From Balamuthia mandrillaris (lineage: Eukaryota): a DNA stretch of 64,000 nt. Where the stretch lies: NCBI GenBank assembly GCA_031835245.2, contig JAVKOQ020000104.1:62001-126000 (forward strand). Reading direction: 5' to 3'. Both the position numbers and the translations under genes were made by a program. Below the pieces are notes generated by a model. It was not told where the DNA came from, ran no database searches, and saw nothing but the letters and a program-made list of their open reading frames with translations. Positions 12,873 to 25,515 of the stretch are shown in pieces; position 1 is the stretch's first letter, and each line of letters begins with the position of its first letter.

Positions 12873-12954
12873 TGCACGCTGTGGGATTCGAACCCACGCA
12901 TCCGAAGATAATAGCGCCTAAAGCTACCGCGTTAGACCACTCCGCCAAGCGTGC
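12873..12954 (-). tRNA. tRNA-Leu(TAG)
   Basis: Reverse complement GCACGCTTGGCGGAGTGGTCTAACGCGGTAGCTTTAGGCGCTATTATCTTCGGATGCGTGGGTTCGAATCCCACAGCGTGCA folds as a cloverleaf with long variable arm. A T7 Pol III terminator follows. Confidence 0.97.
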
Positions 12955-13152
12955 AGTTATTGAGAAGCAGAAAAACTAAGCGTTGCAATCTGTGTTGCTA
13001 TCATCTATTTTGTTGTTGCCGTTTGTTTTTGGCAAAGCGTCGGTTAAAGTGTGGAAAGAATTATTTTGTTGTTAGATGTTTGTTTGAACGACTCTTTTGT
13101 TACTTGCTTGTAGAGAATCGAGAACGACTCTTTGCTCTATTCTGACAAAGCC

Positions 13153-14003
13153 ATGGGCAACCCCTTAACTCGCTTCAAGAAGGTTGAAGACATCAAAGCC
13201 GACGTCAAACGCAACACGCAGAAGCTGCTTACACAGGTCGGTAAACGGCTACTTCCCTTTTAACTCTCTTTTTTTTGTTGACATGTTTGTTTGTTTTGGC
13301 CGGGACATGTGCGTTGTAGTCTGGTGAACCAGAGCCTCAAAGTGTGGAAAGGACAAGTAAGAAAACTGAAACATCCCAACCCAGACCGGAGAGAAAAACC
13401 TCGCCACCACCCCCTTTTTCCACATCCCACTCCGAAGAAGATTTGTCGCACCCGAATGTAAAGACAGACTGGAGCAAGTTCAAAAAAATCGTGCAGGAAA
13501 CTGAAGGCGAGACAAACCAACAACTTAGTCCCAGCGATGACGAAGAAGGAGAGGTGATTGTACTGGAAGAGCCTGGTGCCAGAAATGGATTAGAAACGGA
13601 GAAAGTCCAACACTACCAACAAAATCTTCCTAAATCAACAGAAAATGTCATGTAAACAACTTGAATAGTGTACAGTCTCGTTCATCATAGTAAGTATTAT
13701 TCTCTTTCAGTCTTTGGACACCATCAAAAGGTTGTTATTGGCAGTGCCTGCATCTCCGCCGTTTCGGTTGAAACGTTTCACCTTTATGAACGCAGTGTCA
13801 CCCTCAGTAACTTGAATGCACCAATGTCCTCTGAAGTTGAAGGTTTGCTTCTGACCGGCCTTGAGCTCACACATGCCGAATTTCTTCTTGTTTTTTCTCT
13901 TTTGAGAGGTTAAGATGACACTATTATAGACGTTGGGACTTTGGTTGTGAAGCTCAATATATCCAACTGGCCAGATGCCTCCTTTGGTGATAATGCAGTT
14001 TAG
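13153..14003 (+). CDS. Hypothetical protein, C-terminus weakly C2-domain-like
   Basis: MGNPLTRF... Exons joined by introns 13238-13319, about 13576-13668 and 13843-13914. Contains YSLSVFG...VVIGSACI...VGTLVVKL. Confidence 0.6.
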
Positions 14004-16275
14004 TAATCAGTGCATAGGGAGAAGCGGTGAGAAAGCAAACCTTTAGAACAGGGGAAGGCGAGGTATTGTTTGTCTGTATCATAAACGCCATTGGTTTTGT
14101 CTACTTCCTCCAGCGCTGAGCCTGGCACAAAACCGATTTCCTCTTCACTACTGGAACCAAAAATTGCCGTCCAGGTGTCCTGCACTGCTCCAAAGCCAAA
14201 AGGATGCTCTCCTTCTACTTTGCCTAAAAGACCAAGCTGTTGTTAGCGTTGTTTTCACAAAGATAAGAGAGGCAGAAGAAGAGGAGAGAGAACCTGTTTG
14301 AGCATTGACAACGAAACGATAACGGTTATTGTTGTAAGTGCAGACTCCCTCGTAGATAGGAAGATAGATAATGTTGTAATTAATGCTGGTAAAGGTGGTC
14401 TTTGTCTGCATTCCTCTCACGAGGTTGGTGCGATAATCACTTCTGAGTTTGCTGGCACAGGCGTTCTTTTCAGATGCCAAAACGTTCTTTTCCAGAAAGC
14501 GTTGCCAAACAGATTGCCAAGACATCACGCCATGTTCCATGTATTTCATGTCTGTGGCCCCTGCCTGTACCTCGCTAAGCTTCCAGTTGCCTATCTTTTT
14601 CAACATTCTAGAAACTGGGATAAATAAAAAAAAACCACAAGCTGAAAAAGAAAGAGAAAGGAGAACACACTTGCGAGTAGTGGAGTCCTTGCTAGTGGCG
14701 TAGGCCTTAAGGTCACCATATTGGCTGTTGTTGACTCCTCTTTCAAGCCTCCATGTTGTCTCCTCGTACTCATGATGGTGATGCTCTGTTCTAGGGCCGT
14801 TGTGGCGCCCATAATGGTGGTGGATCTCGTGCACATTTCTTGTGAGCTGCTGGCCAACCTCCGCTGAATAGGACGATGTGGCAGAAACGTCAAACTTGTA
14901 CATCGGCGTGAACAGTGGCGTTAACTCCACCTTGATTTTACTGCCCTCTTTGCGGAAAGAGGAGGGAGCAAACCAAAGGCTTTGGCGCCACGCAGCAAAG
15001 GCCTTCTGAGCTGCTTCAGTATTCATGGCGAAAGGTATCATGAGAACTGTTGGGCTTATTTGGGGCTTCTGATAGGTCAGTAAAATTCAAATTGGTAGCC
15101 TGTAAAACGAGAGGACTCTTGTTTAAACGTACCTGTTGCTCAAAGTGCGTAAGAACCACCTCTTCTTCGCTGCTAGAGGCAGCAGAAGTGGTTGAGTTAC
15201 TCTGCTCCATAGCAGCAAGATAACGCTCGTATTGTCTCCATTCATCCTGCTGTCTTTGCTGGTCGTTGGCAAAGAACTCCTCTCCAACAAGGACCTGCCT
15301 TGCCAAACTGAACAGTGGTGTGTTGGTCAGAGGTAAGGTGTAATCCCTGGAGGAATAATAGTTAGAGAAGAGCCTCTTCAACACCAAAATAAACGAAAAG
15401 GGCAACAAGAAAACGGAAAGGCAGGGGACAAAAGGAGAAAACATGGAGAATAACAGTTACCTCCAAGCCAAGAATGTTCCCATGGACGTTCCTTGGCTGA
15501 AAGGAAAGGGACCTATGGTCCATATGGTGCAGCGTCCCTGAGCTCCACTGTCCTTATCCGACCACATGCATACACCATCCTCCTCAAAGCAAGGGCGGGC
15601 AGGGGTCACAAGGCTCTCGTGAACACAACGAACCACGTCAACGTCTGGCTCGCTGTACTCGTTGTTGACAACGCATCCCATGACCACGTAGCCCTGAGGG
15701 GGGACGGGTCGCCAGATGCTGCACCGACCAAAGGCACCGCCTGTCTTGCGGTCGCTCCACACCTGCTCGAAGCCGACAGGCCGTTCCAAAAGCCATGTAC
15801 CATCCCTCAACTGCCCTTGCGTAACCAACATGCTTTGAGTGCCTTCGGGGGGAGGCTTGTTGGCGTGTCCCCTTACAGCTAGGTCTCCAAGCGAGTGGAA
15901 ACCCTGCGGGGCTATTGGCCGGAAGAATGAAACAGTTCTTGGTTTAGCTCCTGTTTTCCTGTCATCCCATAACTTGGCATAGTCTTTGGCATAGGTTGCC
16001 TATAGGAAGGACGTTTTCAGCTGAAGGGGCGTACACATACCACGAAGCAACACAACAACAAGAGAACAAACCATTAACGCGGCAACAGGGGCAAAGGTGT
16101 AGCCATTGTGTGGAGGCGCAAGGCCGCCAACTGGCACAGCAGTCGTTGTTGCGGCAGGCGCTTGCTCGCGCTCGCCTCTAGGAGAGGCAGCGGGCTCTGG
16201 CGGTGCAGGAAGGGTGCCAAACTCATAGCTGAATGGCAAGGCTTCCATTGTAAAGCTGTAAGACGGGGCTTCCAT
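14000..16275 (-). CDS. Vps62/DUF946-like domain protein fused to a bacterial-type uncharacterised C-terminal domain
   Basis: LWDDRKTG..SFFRPIAPQGFHSLGD and WSDRKTGG..SIWRPVPPQGYVVMGCVV (Vps62-like). Then IPFAMNTEAAQKAFAAWRQSLWFAP...YLPIY..Y..NRYRFVVNAQTGKVEG. Confidence 0.8.
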
Positions 16276-16497
16276 CTGCGCAAATGTACAGCGGACACGA
16301 AAGTAAACCGGTGCACTTGGCTTTGAGGAAGGAATCTGTTTTTAATGCGCTTTTATTTGGGTGTAAGTGCGCGAGCAGCAGCAGCAGGGGTCCCCAAGCT
16401 TTTCGTGTGCGGAAGTCTCTCTTTCGGGCGTTACCGCGAAAAAAACAAAAATTTTTCTTTCAACTGCTCCCCCCCCTGTGCTTTGGTGTCGACACAA

Positions 16498-16887
16498 CTA
16501 GCCCCTCCACCTGCTGCCGCCGGTCGGCGTCCGCCTTCCTTGGAACCGTGCACCTGTGCTGCCCGCTTTGGTTACAAGCTCTGCCATGATCTGCCTGCCT
16601 ACTCTGGTCCGTACGAGAGCCACCGTTCCCAATATGTTGCCCGCCATCGCAGAGTAGTAGACGTTGAGAAAGCTTTGTTTTTTGGTCTTGTGGCGGAAGG
16701 TTTGCATGGCCCATAGGCCCCCTATCCAGCCGCCAACTAACGCACTTAGCTGCAATGTGCTTTCTCGTACTCTCCATTCGTGCCGCAAGGCTTTCTGCTT
16801 ATCATAGTAAAAAAGACCGGCACTGGCCGCGTTTACCCCCACCACATAACTCCCCAACAAGACAGTAGCGGAAGAAGAACGCTGCAT
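16498..16887 (-). CDS. DUF1294 family membrane protein (intronless)
   Basis: YYDKQKALRHEWRVRESTL..ALVGGWIGGLWAMQTFRHKTKKQSF is the DUF1294 signature. Confidence 0.9.
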   Translation of the reverse strand: MQRSSSATVLLGSYVVGVNAASAGLFYYDKQKALRHEWRVRESTLQLSALVGGWIGGLWAMQTFRHKTKKQSFLNVYYSAMAGNILGTVALVRTRVGRQIMAELVTKAGSTGARFQGRRTPTGGSRWRG

Positions 16888-17446
16888 CGTACCCCTGGAT
16901 TTCTTTTTTTCTTGTTCCCCAAACACTGCTCTCAACATAATAGCTCCATTGCCCCCTAGAACCACTTCCAATTGGACCCCTCATTCAAAACACCAATGAC
17001 TCCTCAAAAAAAAATCTTTGCTGCTGTTATGAGTAGACTTATGACGGAATCTTGCTTTGTGTTATTTTTTCCTGAAGCTCTACGCCTTTTCATCCATGGC
17101 CCAGCTTTCATTTTTCAGGTGTTTATCTCTACATATCAGCACTACGGTGTGCGCAAGTGTTGGTTTTTAACTTCTTGAAACTAAATAAAACTTTTTCCCG
17201 TTTGTGGCAGTAAGGGTCGGGGCTACACAGAGATAAGTTTATTCTTTACAAAGAAGAACACCTCTGTGCCACTGATAGACAAAATAAATAGAACCAATAG
17301 GAATATATATACGAAAAAATTTCCTATTTTCAAAAACTCCGCCAAGATCTTAAACTCAGATCTCGAGATACTGTAGTACCTACGAGGTTGAGCGGCTTAG
17401 TCCACCAAGATAGCCAATAAACAAAAACAAGAGGAGAGGAGAGGAG

Positions 17447-18186
17447 ATGGACACAAGCAACGTTCTTGTGGTGCAAAGACCCAACCATTCCAACGGGAGC
17501 TGTAACCGGTATAAGATCTTTTGTTGTTGTGCGATTGATTAGGTAGGTTGTTAACGTTTGCGAACTCTTATTGCTGTAGAGAGACACTTGGCGAAGAAGC
17601 TTGGGGTCAATCTTTAGAACAATCACTTCAGCCTTATGTTGAAGTATGCTACTTGAAAGTGTATCTTAAACAAGGTAAAGCGCTGGTGATCTTGCCCTCA
17701 ATAGAAGGTATGTTTATGACCGTACTTTCTGCTGTTTTTTTGAACACATATCACTTACTCTCTCCCATTAGCTGCCACCATTGCCAAAGATATTCTCACA
17801 CAACGGGGGCATGCAGTGGCATTTGGTCCTGTACGTTAAAGAGCCCTTTCGTTGCCCCTCCTCCTCAGCTTTTCAAACAACCCCGTTAACTGTTTCATTT
17901 ACAGGGCACAGAGGAAAGCACTTTGTGTGCTTCGCGCTTGTCCATCCCGCCACAAGAAAAGGCCTTCCTTTTGAGCCCTCCGCCCTCGCCGCCAGATTCA
18001 TGGGTGCCCATCCACGAAGGAATCAATAGGGTGCCATTTGTGGATCTCTCTCCGGAGGACGACGTGCTTCTCCCTGCTACCCAATGCACCCCCACCATCC
18101 GCATTGATGTCGTGCCTTCCACCACAACCACTCCCTCCACCCCCACCCGCTCTATTCCCCGCACTCGTCACCCTTTAAGCAAATGA
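17447..18186 (+). CDS. RCAN: Calcipressin / regulator of calcineurin
   Basis: Four hand-spliced exons give an RRM-like N-terminus, FLLSPPPSPPDSW, PTIRID (PxIxIT) and C-terminal IPRTRHP. Confidence 0.88.
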
Positions 18187-18272
18187 GGAGATCAAACTGC
18201 AAAGCAAAACCATCACGACCAACCCCTCTCCTCAAGAAGCCAAAAAAAAATCGACAAAAAACGGGGTTCTTT

Positions 18273-19684
18273 TCACTTGAAGGAAAGACTTCCACTGGCA
18301 CCACCACTGCGCGTACTGCTTGCTCCAGCTGGACTGAAAATCCCTCTTCCAAAATACTCTGCAACCGTTTGGAAACCATCCGCTGATCCTTCCAACTGTA
18401 CAAACGCCAGATGTTAACAACAACAATAAACTAACAAACAACAAACGAAAAAACAAAAAAAAAAACCTGCTTGAAAAATTGGTCATGTTGACCCGCATTC
18501 TCTTCAAGGGCCTTCTTGATTTCAGATATCTTGCGGTTGTTAGGGGCACACACGGGGCACTCCTTCTCGTTTTCTCCCAGACAGCGCTGGTGGAAGGAGT
18601 GCATGCATAGGAAGTGGATGGAGGGGAGGTCCAGCGGTCCTGTGCAACCCGTACATTTTTTTTCCTGAAAGATTTTTGCACTTATCCACAGAAAGAAAAT
18701 GAGAGAAACGGATTTTAAAAAGGACCAAAAAGGAGCGTTTTGTACCCAGTTTTTAACTCATGCATCTCTCTTCTCATTTTGTCCGTTTCATCACTGTACA
18801 TGCGTATGAGGCGCTGATCCTATAGTGAGAGAGAGAGAGAGAAGTTGATGGTGAGGAGGAAAAAAAAGAAGAGAAGAGAAGTGATTGTATGTATACCTCA
18901 GCAATAAGTTGGTTTTGTTGTTGTAATCGCTGTACGATGTAGTCCTTTACTACGCTAAGAGTGGTGGTGGACTTTTGAGACAGGATTTGTATAACCAAAA
19001 GCGGAGGAAGCAGATTGTCGCGATCGATGTCTACATGAAGAAAGCGCAAATTAGGGCAACAAATAAATGAAGAAAGAAGAATGAAAGGAGGATAAGACTT
19101 AAAGATAGAAGGAAGAAGGCCAAGGGAAACAGAAAATGTAAAAATGCTTACTGTTTAGTACTTCTATGATTTCGGCCTGACAATCTTCATCTCTCCCAGC
19201 AAAGTAGGACAATGCTTGCACCCACAAATTGGGGTCCTTGTCACTACATCATCAACAAATGATATAATCACGTTCAGGTCAAAAGGTGGACGGGGGGGGG
19301 GGGGTAGAACAAGAGGCAAGAAGCGTACCCATATTTTTTGCAGCACTCAATGACCGCCTCGTATTCGTTGTTCTCCATGTAATACTGTACAATTTCATGG
19401 TACAGCTCTAACTTCTCGTAGAGATGAAGAATGCCTTGCCTAAAGTCTTGCATTTGGGCTAACACTAGCGCATGATCTTCATCAAAATGAGCCTATATTA
19501 TTGAACAAATGAGTCGATATGAGTGTGAGGGAAGACATGATAGATGGTCAACAATAAAGCTTAGCAGTACCCTCGGGTCTACAAGAAGAGATTGTGCTTT
19601 CTTGAGACGCTCAAGCCTGTCCTCAGGACTTTGCCCTTCCTGCATCAGGAAAAAATTCTGATTAATGTTTTTTCTTAAAGACTC

Positions 19685-19718
<34 letters not shown>

Positions 19719-22332
19719 CCTCGTGCCGTAGATATAGTTCGAGCAGAGTGTTGTAAATGAGGCTGGACACCTCTCCTTGTGTGACTATAAACTCCAAAAA
19801 AGTGGTTAGCCACTCGGGCTGTTTGACGTAAATGTGTATGAACTCCTCTGGTGCAGCCTTTGCCTTTGTCCCGTGACTGAGTTGCGACTGTTCTTCTCTT
19901 AGTGTTGAGGTATCTTTTTGGAAATTGTCAGCAAAACCAGAAAACTCAATGAAAGGAAAAAAATAAAAATAACGAAAGGAAAGAAGAAAAACTCCAGGGC
20001 AACGAAAGTACCTCCTTGGCCTCGTTTTGGCTTGTAATTCGTGCAAAGGTCCATCAAAAGGTCCGTTGTTTGCTTGGGTAGGAACGAAACAAGTATTTTA
20101 CCATAGTTTTTCAAATTCTTTTCCGCCTAAAATCAAAAACAAAGTTTGTTAGCAATTATTTAACTTGCTAATGTGCACGAGCAGGATAACCTCATAAAAG
20201 TTTAATGTTGTGATGTATTCCAAAGCATTCTGGTAGTCCTTAAGGTCCTCTAAAAGTATCTTTATGTACCAGTCGTGCTCGTTGTGTCTCCTTGCAAGAT
20301 AGAGAGCGTGTTCATAATAACCGGCTTGTCTGCAAACTTTAATCGCTGTCTCAACCTCAAATTTCATTGCGTCAGAGTCGGTCTGTTTGCGGTGTTTCAG
20401 ACATTAAGTTCGAGAATAAATGTGTAAGAAACAAATCAAGTGAGAAGGGGAAGGAGGGGGAAAGGAGAATAGAGAAAGCGAAAAGGAAAAGTGAACATCC
20501 GAGAAAGAGGGGGGAAAAGATGATATAATTGCCTTGATAAACTCATCTAATTTCTGCACATCCTTCAATTTGGTGTAGCAATTAAGAAGGAGAGTGGTAT
20601 GGTCTGGATTGGCGAGTCCTTTCTCGTGCAGGGCTTGCAAATAAGAAGTAAGGTTGTGAATGCGTTGGGCATCCAAAAACTTACGAATCACATAGGAAGG
20701 CTCTAACCGGCCGATCGTACGTAGGTACTGGCGTATTGCTCCATCATAGTCTCCTTTGCTATAAAACAAAGTGAGCAAACACTCATGCACGAGCCAAGTC
20801 AAGTAATGCGTCATCATACCCATAAAGGTGATCTCCGTATTTCCGGAAGATGTCAATGATGGAGTTGTAGTCATAGTTTTGGCTGTGTGCTAAAGCAATG
20901 GCAACTGGATACAGATTTCTCTTGAACAATGTTTCTAATTTGGTTTGTGTGTCCTTTTCCTCTAATTGGAACAGCTGCAATTCGAACAACGTAAAATTAG
21001 CAAAATGAAAGAATGAGAATGAGAGAGAGAGAGAGAACCGTTCCGCTTTGAGTAAGCACGAAGATAGAGCCCCATTCAGAGACGATGTGCGTGACGCTCT
21101 GGAAGGTCAAACGACAAGCCACAAACTTGTTTTTGAGGTCATAAATAGTAAGAGTGTTCATCTTAGGTTGTCCAGCAGATGAGCTTGCCACAGTAGCAGG
21201 TGCAGCAGGGGCAGCTGTGGAGGGCCCCGCTGCTGCCCGTCCGCCACCTTGTTCATCTTGACCCACTACTATGAGGTAGCCACGGAACCATGCCACTATC
21301 TTTTTTTCTCCTTCGAAGGCAAAACAGGGACCTCTTCCTTCCGCTTCATAAAAGTAAACAGCCTTTGGAACAATAATAAGGAGTTACATTGGAATACCTG
21401 AATGTTTAAAAGACGCTTTGACAAACCTCGCTTCTAGCAACGCAAAGATCGTTGGCATCACTCATTACTGCACAGTTCAACTCACATCCACGATCGTCAA
21501 GTACTTCCTACATAAAGCAGATGAACAATTAAGTAAGATAGTAACAGCAAAAAGATGTGTGAGCGAAGAAGAAATGACCTTGGTGTGACGCTGGTCTATA
21601 CGATAGGCAACTACGGAGTCAGTTGTTGTAACAAATAGAGAGGTACCCAGTGCTCTGCTCTCCGAAAAGCCCAGTCCTATACAGGGTGTTAACAAAACGT
21701 TATACTTAAAAACAAGAAGTGGATCTTCTTGCAAAGGAGGGAGGGAAGAAAAAATAGAGAACCTGTAACTGGATTGTCTGAATCGGGTTTTAACAGTGTT
21801 TGTTTGGGGGTACGGTCTCGCTGTATGTCGTGAAAGACTATAACAACGCCATTGCAAAGGCCAACCGCCAACAGGGCCAAGTCCTCCATAACCGCTAGAC
21901 ATGTTACCTTTGTTACGACAACCATTGCATCAGCCAAAAACATGTAGAGGAGGAGAGGAGGAGAGAAAAAAAGGTACAGGCACAGGAGGGGTTTGGGGAA
22001 TGCGAATGGCACGCAAACAAAGAGGGTTGCCAGTCTTGTCCGTCTTGTCCGTTCGCCAAACTTTGAGAGTGGGACAAATGGCCTCCTCGTCATCGCCGAC
22101 CGTCACGAGGATGTTCTGCTGCTTGAGCTGTTCCATGTGGGTCACAGTACGCTTGTAGGCCTGAAAGCTGTAGACTTTGAAGTCTCGGTCCACCAAGTTC
22201 AGAAAACCTTCCGCATGTAATCATTCAACAAACAGAAAGCAAAGGAGCAGCCGTTCCAAGTTAAGGCGCAAGCAATTGTTCTTGCTGAGGAGAGAGAGAG
22301 AGAGAGAGGGGGGGGGAGAGGGAGAGGGAGAG

Positions 22333-22371
<39 letters not shown>

Positions 22372-22642
22372 AAGAGAAACGAAGAACGAAATAAAGGAAA
22401 GAGAGAAAAGTTCGAACGCTAAAAAGGATATCACCAAAGATGAGGTTACCACGACCGCTAGAACTGCAGGTGATGGCCAATTTCTGGTCGTCACAGGAGA
22501 GGTTAGAAGTTTGTATGAGAAGAAAGCAAACGGAGAAGATCCCGAATAAAAAAACTACCTGAAAGAGTTGGTGCGGTTGATCCGTGCCGGTTTCTTTGAC
22601 CACTTCCCTGTCAAAGAAGTTGAACCGCTTCCATTGAAACAT
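18273..22642 (-). CDS. VPS11: Vacuolar protein sorting 11 (HOPS/CORVET subunit)
   Basis: MFQWKRFNFF; KYGDHLY; EPSYVIRKFLDAQRIHNLTSYL; HTTLLLNCYTKLKD; LPPLLVIQILS; RING-H2 CxxC..LPSIHFLCMHSFHQRCL. About 17 introns, including one AT-AC and one GC-AG. Confidence 0.97.
22217..22431 (-). other. U12-type AT-AC intron in VPS11
   Basis: 5' ATATCCTTTT, CCTTAAC branch site and 3' AC. Removing it gives in-frame NLIFGD-AEGFLNLVDRDF. Confidence 0.85.
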
Positions 22643-23066
22643 TTCTTTGCGATTTGAAGAGGGATGGAGAGGGGCGCCTCTTCGCACTTGCTTGTTGAAC
22701 TCGTGAAAACCTTCACACGGTAGCGGCCGAAGCAGCGAAGTGGCAGCAGCAGCAGCAGTAGCAGTAGCAGGCAGACGAAGAATCAGCGACTACTCCCTCT
22801 TGCTACTTTTCTTTCTTTTGCCGATAGAAAAAAAGAAAATGGTTGAGGAGTCATTTCGTTCTAGGCTATTATTTCATTCATGTCGACGTGAAGATGTCCA
22901 ATGGTGCACAAAAGGTACAGCAATTGTGGAACAAGTAAGGGAAGGGGAGGTGAGACGAGAAGAAGAGATTGGGTGCTAAACACAGCAAACATCGACCTTC
23001 TCCTCTCTCCTCCTCCTGGCCTGGCGGTTCAAAGTCATCAAACGTGGACAAGGGTTTTTGCATGAC

Positions 23067-23384
23067 ATGTCCGGCGAAGGGGACTCTGCGCTGGAGGAAG
23101 AAAAACGCTTGCTGGAGCAATGGGCCAAGCTACAGCAGAAAAGCCTCCCCGTGTTCCAGACCTTGGTCTCCAGCATCGGTAACCTGCTTGCATTTTTTTT
23201 TCTGTAAAAAAGAACCCTTTTCTCAAGAGCACACAAATATCGTGCAGCGGTGTTGCCGGCGGCACCCACGAAAGAAGGGACAGCAAACCACCAGCAACAA
23301 GTTGCTGAGACAGCGGCCGACCGAAGCGCTTTCGAAGTGGAGAAGGCCTACCAGGAGCTGTGCTCTTTGTTGGTCGAATGTAGC

Positions 23385-23423
<39 letters not shown>

Positions 23424-23823
23424 TTTTGCTGAATGGTATCACCTCTTTTCTACTGTAGTTGAGAGCGTGATGGACAAACTGGAGGAACTTTGCAACGAGA
23501 CGAAACGCAAAGCCACTCAGCTGTGCAGCAGCAGCAACGACGGCGTCCACTCTCTGCTCTCTCCAACATCGGCCTCTTCTCTTTCGTTGCGTGATGCAAT
23601 CGACTTCTTGGAAGAACGTCTCTCTCGTTATCGTTCCGAGATGCAGTTCAAGGTTGCTTTCTTCTTCGTCTTCCTCTTTTTTTTCTTTTTTTCTTCTTCC
23701 CTCCTCCTCCTGCTTCTCTTCTTTGTTGGCTGACAGTGTCTGCCTACGATGAAAGGACGTGGTGGTACGATCGTTGAAGGTGTTGCCAAGTGCTCTGGAC
23801 AAGGCGACGGCGTATCAGTGTAG
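23067..23823 (+). CDS. Hypothetical helical protein (about 4 exons; start uncertain)
   Basis: GT-AG introns link MSGEGDSALEEEKRLLEQW..., AYQELCSLLVE, FESVMDKLEEL..., RYRSEMQFK. Confidence 0.55.
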
Positions 23824-24143
23824 TTGGGAAGCTCAGCCTTTTCTTGATGGATAAAAGTAATGAGAGAGAGAGAGAACAGATACAAAAACGGAACAAACCA
23901 GGCAAAATAAATAAGTGATAATAGCACATGAAGGTAAAAGTACAACAAACATGACAAAAATGCTTCTTCTCGTTCACGGTCACGTTCGTCTTGTCATCTT
24001 CCATAGTGCCTTCAGTCATCATCAAAATGATTGCAGTACAGTTAAAGCCAAAAAAAAACATCAAAGCCAGATGATGAGATGGAGGACATCATAAACAGAC
24101 AACGACGAACACAGAAGCTTTGGTTATTACTTCATTCACATGT

Positions 24144-24659
24144 TCAGGATTCTTGTTGCGTCGTGCTGCTTGGTTGGTAAACAAAAGTAAAAAAAGATTA
24201 GGGAAATAAAAGGAAGTTAATATACAGTGTACGAGGAAGAAAGCAGAAGGAGAGAGAATGAGAAGAGAGCAAGGAAGAAGAAGAAAAAGAACAAGGAGAG
24301 AAGAGGAAGGAGGAGGAGGAAGAATTAAAAGTGCATGCCTTGTGAACAAATCACTGCCTTGCTCTTGCAATGACAAGAAGATGGCTTGCCGGAGCATTTC
24401 CTCCTCCAACTCTTCTGTGGTTGGTTCTTCTAGGGGTTGCCGCGGCCGGTTATATACTTCCGCTTCTATTGCATCACATCAAAACACTTCAGTTAACGAC
24501 AACAAAAAAAAAAATAAAATAAAATAAACGAAAAGGAAGAAAAGATTAAGATGAGAGATTCCAACCATCTGGTACGTTATTTGTTAACGGCTCTGAAGCA
24601 GCGTCTGATTTTTTCCGTCCGGTTCCATTTTCATTTTCTCCTATTAAACGAAAATTGTC

Positions 24660-24703
<44 letters not shown>

Positions 24704-25478
24704 GAGAGGGTACGTTGTTCTTCCTCAGTCAGCAGCATATTGTGAAAGAAGATAGTGACTGAATCAAAGAAAAAGCGAGGACGAGCAGAGTTGTGATCTC
24801 CTTCCACAAGGATAAGGTTTTTGTCTCCTGCGTATTTTGCATACCTGTGGCATTGTTAGAGATATTTTGCGAGGGGAGGGAGGAGAAAGTGTTCACATAC
24901 AGTTCGTTGGAGTGGTGAACACCGATGAATGTATCGTCTTTACCATGAGCAAAGAGGGCTGGAATGAAGCATGACTCCACCGCTGCAATTGGCTCTAATT
25001 TGCTAGGGGAGAGAGAGAGAGAGAGAGAGAGAGAAAAAACCGATAAGAAAGAGGAAAGAAACAAACAAATTAAAACGGCAACTGAACTTACTTAATATCA
25101 AACTTGACTTTGCTGAGTATAGTCTTTCGTATCATTCGCAATCCGAGGTTCACCATCATTTTCGGTATTTTGACCTTAAGAAAACATTAAGTCAATTTGC
25201 TCATCAACAACGCAAAGACAGAGAAGAAGAGCAGAACAGAAGGGTACAAAAGAAGCAGAAAAGCTAACCTGAGCACTCTCTACAAGCTCCTTAGCCACCT
25301 TTGTAAGACTGGAAAATGGGCTATCTAACACCATGCACGCAATAGAGGGGTCTATCTGGCCATAGAGCAAACTAGTGGCAGCACCCATGCTACGTCCCCA
25401 CAGACCTTTATTTGTATTATAGATGAACCATTTAGTGCCACATCAGACACAGTAAATGAGACAGAAAGTGAAAGACAG

Positions 25479-25515
<37 letters not shown>

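Noticed and set aside
13690..13711. Apparent 21-nt micro-intron GTAAGT...TTTCAG
   Set aside because: The frame it would serve hits a stop soon after, while the unspliced frame (HHSKYYSLSVF) stays open.
17781..18029. ORF MPKIFSHNGGMQWHLVLYVK resembling a MATH domain
   Set aside because: Alternative frame across the calcipressin exons and intron.
24000..24095. Possible box C/D snoRNA (ATGATG...CTGA on - strand)
   Set aside because: Imperfect C box, no terminal stem and no recognisable rRNA guide.
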